The translations under genes were made by a program, and so were the position numbers. A stretch of DNA of 64,000 bases from Eledone cirrhosa (taxonomy: Eukaryota): contig OZ024746.1 of NCBI GenBank assembly GCA_964016885.1, forward strand, positions 57,164,001 through 57,228,000. Reading direction: 5' to 3'. Positions 56,690 through 64,000 of this stretch are shown here, one piece after another. The notes under the pieces were generated by a model. That model had not been told where the DNA came from. It saw nothing but the letters and a program-made list of their open reading frames with translations, and made no database searches. The number at the start of each line of letters is the position of its first letter. Within the stretch, counting starts at the first letter, position 1.

Positions 56690-57830
56690 GTAATAATGAA
56701 TTTGACACTGGTGATAATGATATTCATGCATAATATCATGATATCAACGATAGTGACGTTGAAGATGGCGATGTTATATGTTGCTACAGAGGATATGCAA
56801 CAAGGAATTTGACCATGGTGATAATGATATTCATGTATATTATCATGATAACAAGGATAGTGACGTTGAAGATGGCGATGCGATATGTTGCTACAGAGGA
56901 TATGCAATAATGAATTTGACACTGGTGATAATGATATTCATGTATAATATACATGACTAGACATATGTATACATTGTATATTATCATGATATCAACGACA
57001 GTGACGTTGAAGATGTCGATGTTATAAGTTGCTACAGAGGATAAGCAATAAGGAATTTGACCATGGTGATAATGATATTCATGTATATTATCATGATATC
57101 AACTATAGTGACGTTGAAGATGGCGATGTTATATGTTGCTACAGAGGATATGTAATAATGAATTTGACAGTGGTGATAATTGTTTCTACTTTTAGCACAA
57201 GGCCAGCATTACTGGTCCTTTATTTTATCGACCCCGTAAGGATCAAAGGCAAAGTTAACCTAGGTATGATTTGAACTCAGATCAGAAAGGGGTGTAACTA
57301 TGTGCTACAAAGCATGTTGTCCGACCCTCTACCGATACTGCCAAACCACCTGATAATGATATTCATGCATATTATCATGATATCAACGATAGTGACGTTG
57401 AAGATGGCGATGGTATATGTTGCTACGGACGATATGCAATTATGAATTTGACAGTGGTCATAATGATATTCATGTATAATATACATGACTATACATGGGT
57501 ATACATTGTATATTATCATGATATCAACGATAGTGACGTTGAAGTTGGCGATGTTATATGTTGCTACAGAGGATATGTAATAATGCATTTGACCATGGTG
57601 ATAATGATATTCATGTATAATATACATGACTATACATGGGTATACATTGTATATTATCATGATATCAACGATAGTGACGTTGAAGTTGGCGATGTTATAT
57701 GTTGCTACAGAGGATATGTAATAATGCATTTGACCATGGTGATAATGATATTCATGTATATTATCATGATAACAACGATAGTGACGTTGAAGTTGGCGAT
57801 GTTATAAGTTGCTACAGAGGATATCCGTCA
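56690..57830. repeat. Minisatellite with 107-bp and 141-bp unit variants
   Basis: Anchor gacgttgaag at 56755, 56862, 57003, 57110, 57394, 57535, 57676, 57783. Spacings 107, 141, 107, 107+177, 141, 141, 107. Confidence 0.95.
57181..57350 (-). mobile_element. SINE family A inserted in the minisatellite, 7-bp TSD tgataat
   Basis: TSD at 57174-57180 and 57351-57357. 170+7 bp exactly accounts for the extra 177 bp in that unit. Confidence 0.93.
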
Positions 57831-57849
57831 TAATGTTGTGGCGGACAAT

Positions 57850-58460
57850 TATAATGATGATGATGATGATGATGATAACGTTGATGTTGTTGTTGATAAT
57901 AATCTTTATGATACTGATTGTGATGAGGAGAAAAAAAATATTGACGATATAATGATAGAAACGATGTCCATCACGATGATGATGGTGGTGGTGTCGTTGG
58001 TGATGATGATGATGGTGGTGATGATGGTGGTGATTATGATGGTGTTGGTGATGACGATGATGCTGATGACGATGGTGATGGTGGTGATGATGACGTTGAT
58101 GGTGATGATGATGATGGCAATGATGATGACACTGTTGATGGTGATGTTGATGATGATGGTGATGACGGTGATGATGAGGAGAGTTGGAGAGATGGAGGAC
58201 GAGGTGGATTTGCGGATGAAAGGGAGGAGGAGGATCATGATGATGATGATGATGAGGATGATGATGATGAAGATGGTGACGATGACGATGACGATGAGGA
58301 CGATGACGATGACGAAGACGATGATGACAATGATGACATTGATTATGATGATGATGTCGATGATGATGTCGATGATGATGATAATAATGACGATGACGAC
58401 TTTGACGATGAGTGCCATGATGACGCTGATGATGATGATGTTAGTTATGATGACATCAGT
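57850..58460. repeat. (GAT)n-rich low-complexity tract
   Basis: Direct reading. Confidence 0.92.
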
Positions 58461-58780
58461 GATATTTTTCTTCTGGTACTGACACACCACTGTGTCTCTA
58501 TTGTTTTCTCTACTGTGTTCAATATAACATTGTGTTTGTCTCGTTATTTCATGTTGAGCATTTATATGTCCTGTATGCATTTGTAGCTGTACTTATATGT
58601 ACATCTCTGCTACACAGAAAAGACGACGGTGTATGGAAGGAACAGTATGCAGTCGTGGGTTCAGAACCTATACACATGATTGCACAATCAGTGAGAAATG
58701 ATTAAAGCAAAATAACGGTGTACTATCTGAAGGAACGAAAGGAAAAATAAATTATTACTACAACTATTTGTTAATAAAAA

Positions 58781-59455
58781 TTGTTTCTGATTCATACACA
58801 GGGCCAGCAATTTTTGGGGAGGTGTAAGTCGGTTAAATCGACAGCAGTACGTGACTGCTATTTTATAAGACCCCGTAAGGATGAAAGACAGAGCTAACCA
58901 CGGCGGCAGTTGAACTCAGATAATAAAAAGCCGTAACTATGTGTTGCTAAGCATGGCGTCCGACCTTCTAGCGATACTGCCAATCCAAAACGTCCTTTGG
59001 TAGTAATAATTGTTTCTGATATAAGCACGAGGCTACCAATTTTAGGCGAAATGGAAAGTCGATTAAATGGATCCCAGTACGTGAATGTTACTTTATTTTA
59101 TAGACCCCGTAAGGATGAAAGGCATAGCTACCCCCGACGTGATTTGAACTCAGAACATAAAGGAACGTAACTCTTTGCTGCGAACCATTTTGTTCGACGC
59201 TCTATCGATACTACCAATCCACCGCCCCAATAATAATGGTTTCTCATATAGGCAAAAGGCCATCAATTTTTTGGGAGGGGGAAGTGGATTAAATCTTTTC
59301 CAGTGCATTACCGGTACTTTATTTTATCGACTCCGTAAGGATGAAAGGCAAAGCTAAACTCGGAGGGCTTTGAACTCAGAATGTAAATGGCCGTAATTCT
59401 GTGCTAATAAGCATTTTGTCCAACACTCTATCGATACTGCCAATCTACCACCCCA
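58781..59455 (-). mobile_element. Three head-to-tail SINE family A copies (about 58781-58986, 59010-59228, 59237-59454)
   Basis: Repeated family A blocks separated by taataat. Confidence 0.9.
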
Positions 59456-60308
59456 ATAATAATAACAATAACAGCAATACTGGTTTTATTTATTACCCCC
59501 CCCCCCCTGTAGCTCAGATTAAGAAAACATTAAGGACGGCACAGGAATCTACAGGACGACAGTGTGGATATTTTTACGAAAAGCATGAGGACTGTAAAAT
59601 TTAAAAAAAGAAATGAAAACTATAGTTCTTGACCTCTAGGGCAAGTGCACCCCCACCCCGAGTTGTCCTTCTCCAATATACAAGCGAATTCTCAGAGTAG
59701 GCCTATACACTATAACCATTTACACTGCCAGGTACCGATAGTCGATCATATCACAATCTTTCGATTTATATAAATTTATAGAAGTTGGTCCGGGCCCTAA
59801 CCATATTACTTTCATTAGATATTCTTTTTATTATGTATCGCATGAGGTTGAGGTTTTTTTCTGGATGGATCTGTTTGGGATGGTAGATATTCGTGACAAC
59901 GCTACGAAGCTAAGAAAACGTTTCAGGATTTTAATGGTGATAAATGCAACTGGACAGATACGGCCCCACAGCTTTGGTGAAGTAGTCACATCCCAGTAAA
60001 TAATGTTATTCATCCTTAGTTAGTCATCCTTAGGAATGTGATAGCGTGTAACAAAGGTGGTTCTTTGAAGAACAGGTTTCAACTTATATTTTTCAATCAT
60101 ACTGTGCAGTTTATATGCGAACATATGTCATGCTAAAATACAAAATACACGGTCGGAAGTTAAACCCAGGACCTTACGATCGTGAGTAAGATAATCTCAT
60201 CTACATAGCAAAAATGCTTTACATGAATTACTTTAGTATACGAAAGAATTTCAGCATATAAGTTAGGAACAAGTACAGATGTTTAAAAAGCTGGTGATAG
60301 GCTATTAT

Positions 60309-60524
60309 AGGATTGGCAATATCGGTATAGGGTCGGGCGCCTTGCTTGGCAGTACAGAGTTACGCCCCTTTCTGGTCTGAGTTCAAATCCCGCCGAGGTT
60401 AACTTTGTCTTTCATCCTTAACGGGGTCTATAAAATAAAGCACCAGTAATGAACTGGATTCGATTTAATCGACTTCCCCCTCCCCCCAAATTGTTGGCCT
60501 TGTGCCACAACGTAGAAACAATTA
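60309..60524 (+). mobile_element. SINE family A, well preserved
   Basis: ggattggcaatatcggtatagg...gagttcaaatcccgccgaggttaactttgtctttcatccttaacggggtc...ggccttgtgccacaacgtagaaacaatta. Confidence 0.9.
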
Positions 60525-61222
60525 TATCACCTGTAGTACTTAATTTCTTATTTCTTCTTATCCGCCATGATTTTGGCTAGAAAATAATTACCGCAGACGA
60601 GAGAAGATGTTCCAACAAACTATGTTATCTACTAGCCTAGAAATAACCAATATTGAGAAAATAGTATATTAACAATAAATCCATCCACGGGCACTCGGCT
60701 CTTGGCGAAGTTTGATCAACGCCATCATGGTTCATGTAGATCTTTAGCTATTTAAAACTAGCTGATCCCACCCAACTCCAATCTATTTCATTCAGGTAAG
60801 TAGAGGGGAATAAATGGCGTAGTAAGAATGAGGTATAATGAAAGAATCGATCTCAGTATTGAACAGGTAGATTATTTATCGACCTGGAAATGCTGAAAGG
60901 CGAACTTGACCTCGTCGTGTTTTGAAAACCGGAACATATACAGCAACTCATTCTATGTGGCTTTCTGAATCAGCTGACATTTTGCTCTGTCAACAATAAA
61001 TAAAAAAAAGAAGAATGAAAACAACTAAAGATGTATGAAAGAGAAGATACATAACGAGTGGTAGAAGAAAAGAAACAAACAAATATAAAAAAAATATTCT
61101 TGCAGAATCAAAGCTTGCTTATGCTTTTATTTGATATAGAAGTTTAATATATGAATGTAATTCAATCATTTCTCCTAAGCAACACGTCCACCACCACCAC
61201 CGCCACCACCAACACCAACACA

Positions 61223-61304
<82 letters not shown>
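61223..61304. repeat. (CTA)n microsatellite
   Basis: Direct reading. Confidence 0.97.
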
Positions 61305-62781
61305 GCAGCTAGTGCTGCTTTCATTGCTCCTGTTGGCGCTGCAGCTGCTGTTAATATTAATATTACAAACATCAGCTCATATTTTATTGAATATCATTGA
61401 TGGTTAAAGCTGTTTATATTAAAGGACATGGACAATAATCATATTTCTGAAAATGGAAGGTGAAAGCAAAAATACGAGAGCTAGGTCAATGTCCTCTCAC
61501 ACAGATCGAATTTAAATGCTCCTGACAAGGAATGTTATTCTTGTGAATAGTGAAGTGAATGTGTGGCGTAAAATGTCCATTGATCAAATGTGAAAACTTA
61601 ATACGTCTAGCGCTGTTATTGCCTAATTTATGTTAGCGATGTTGTCCATGACTTCATTGTAGTTTTCTTTAACTGATTGTCACCCTGTTATTATATTACG
61701 GATATGCTATTGTGATTTAGACACATTCTTGTTTTCTATTATGGCGGTTATTTTTGTTTATTTCTGTTGAACAGAGATGGGAATGACCGAGAAAATGAGT
61801 GGTTTATCGTTCATAGAAAAAAAGATAGAAAGAGAGTGAGCGTGAAAGACAGAGAGAGTGTGAAAGAGAGGGGAACATACAAGGAAATTGCAGAGGATGA
61901 TTGGAATAGAATCAGTGAGGAATATAGTGAAAAGAAGAACGAGATACTTGACAGCCGTTTTGAGGAAGTATAAGTGTTTTGGGGTGTGGCTAGGGATGGA
62001 AATATGTGTAAGGAAGTAGTGGAAGGGAGACACCAAGGAAAACATTGCTAAATTGACGGAGGGGGAACTGAAAGCATGGAGATAAAGAGTGGGTGCAATC
62101 TGATAGTACAAAATGGAGAACTTTGTCATGAGGTCTACAAGTCTAATCCTTGCATTAACAGGGAAATAAACTGACATGGCTTGTCTTGTTGATATTCCTT
62201 AACACCCGAAGCGATTAATTGAATATATGGGACTTATTTGATTGATCATTATTTGTTGAAACGCTGGTTTACGGTAATAAACAAAAATTAAACACACACA
62301 ACACACACTCGCACATAAATATATAACATTATAACAGCCACATTATGAAGAGAGCTAATTGATGAAGTGGTAATAGCTGAATATGTCAACTAGTGCATTA
62401 ACCAATGAGGTTGGGACGAGGATGGAGATGTGATGCATGAGAACAAAATTGATATAACGGCTAGTGTGAAGCAACGCCCTTCACAATCTTAAGAAGACAA
62501 GTGTCGATGAATATATTGACCGGGTAATGTAGAATTGACAACTGAAATCATGCGGTCGGTATATCACCAAAATGGATCACTGATGTTTATACAGTTGAGA
62601 GATATCTAATGAAATCTTATCTGCGTGGTTTACAATTACATAACAGATACCATGGAATACGTATACAAGTTATTATGCAAGAAACAAATTGCGATGAAAT
62701 ATTAAATGATTGCCTTCTATTTCATCATATACTATTATTCAGACGTCGCAGGACACGAAAAAATATTTTTAAACACGCGCG

Positions 62782-62889
<108 letters not shown>

Positions 62890-63479
62890 CCTGTACTTTA
62901 GAGTTTTGGGGATGGTCTCAAAGACAATAGCAACTTAACTTAACTACTGAATACACGAATGACAGACATAAATTGCCCCTGTCCATATTCACTAAACCCA
63001 AGACACTCCAATTCTTTTGGGGGGTGGGACGTGAAAGTACCACTATATTCGGTGACTAATCACGTTATAATCCTCAGCCTATCAAATTAGTCTTCAAACA
63101 GATACCCATTTGAACCATCATTTATATTAAAACTAAAAGAACCATGGCACGCTAACATTTTGGCACGAAATTACCAGAAAGTCCATGCCTAAGTACGTGA
63201 TTTTCCACAGCTACAAACCTATAGCAATTTGAGCCACGTTATAAGTTAGTATAAATAAATTTTAAAGACTGCGATTGCATCTTCAAGTTTGTTTTCCAAT
63301 ATTTATACATGTGTGGGATATATTAAAACTTACTATCGAACACACACACACACATATATAAATATATCGATTGATAGATAGATAGGTGGAGTCTACGGTG
63401 CTGGGACCGAGGAGTCCACTATATGAGTACGCGATACATGGGAAGATGTAGAGTGGTTCTAGGGATTTGACACATCTCT

Positions 63480-63585
<106 letters not shown>

Positions 63586-63600
63586 GTGTGTGTGTGTGTA

Positions 63601-63825
63601 AATTAACAGCAATCAACAGTAACATTTCCTTGAGTTTTTAATACTATTAAAAATATTAACAAATGAAGATATTCACATAATCAAAATATATGCTTTATTA
63701 TATATACCTTCGAAATATATATAATAAAGCATATATTTTGATTATGTGAATATTTTCATATGTTAATATTTTTAATAGTATTAAAAAGTCCAGGACATTG
63801 TTTAACTGTTGAGTGCTTTTAATCT
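63601..63825. repeat. Foldback palindrome (approximately 105-bp arms, short loop) between (TA)n tracts
   Basis: ...ttttaatactattaaaaatattaac...cacataatcaaaatatatgctttattatatata-ccttcgaaa-tatatataataaagcatatattttgattatgtg...gttaatatttttaatagtattaaaa. Confidence 0.92.
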
Positions 63826-63872
63826 ATGGTAAAACTGTATTCATTGAGTAATCAATGAACCATAATCTTTGG

Positions 63873-64000
<128 letters not shown>

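Noticed and set aside
56690-57830. CRISPR-like periodicity and a 143-aa repetitive ORF
   Set aside because: No unique spacers or cas genes, eukaryotic context; the ORF simply follows the tandem unit.

Overview
AT-rich, microsatellite-saturated animal DNA with no recognisable host gene. The SINE families and (TA)n/(CA)n/(CAT)n load suggest an octopus or other cephalopod, which is my inference. Nearly all coding-like sequence is decayed transposon: four or five R4/Dong-type RLE non-LTR retrotransposons, a head-to-tail stack of Tx1/L1-type elements in (TTA)n plus a full-length relative in (TATC)n, two Penelope-like remnants, an RTE tail, a Buster/Charlie-type hAT remnant, a 176-bp mariner MITE and about 15 tRNA-derived SINEs. 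The most notable signal is a non-coding tandem array at about 41.2-42.3 kb (434/455-nt units) in which each unit carries a minimal type I hammerhead ribozyme on the minus strand, i.e. a candidate retrozyme that could yield circular RNAs. An unrelated minimal hammerhead lies at 48-92. Also notable are TAA-repeat targeting shared by Dong, Tx1 and a SINE with consistent strand polarity, and several foldback palindromes beside (TA)n tracts. Most ORFs in the supplied track are microsatellite artefacts.
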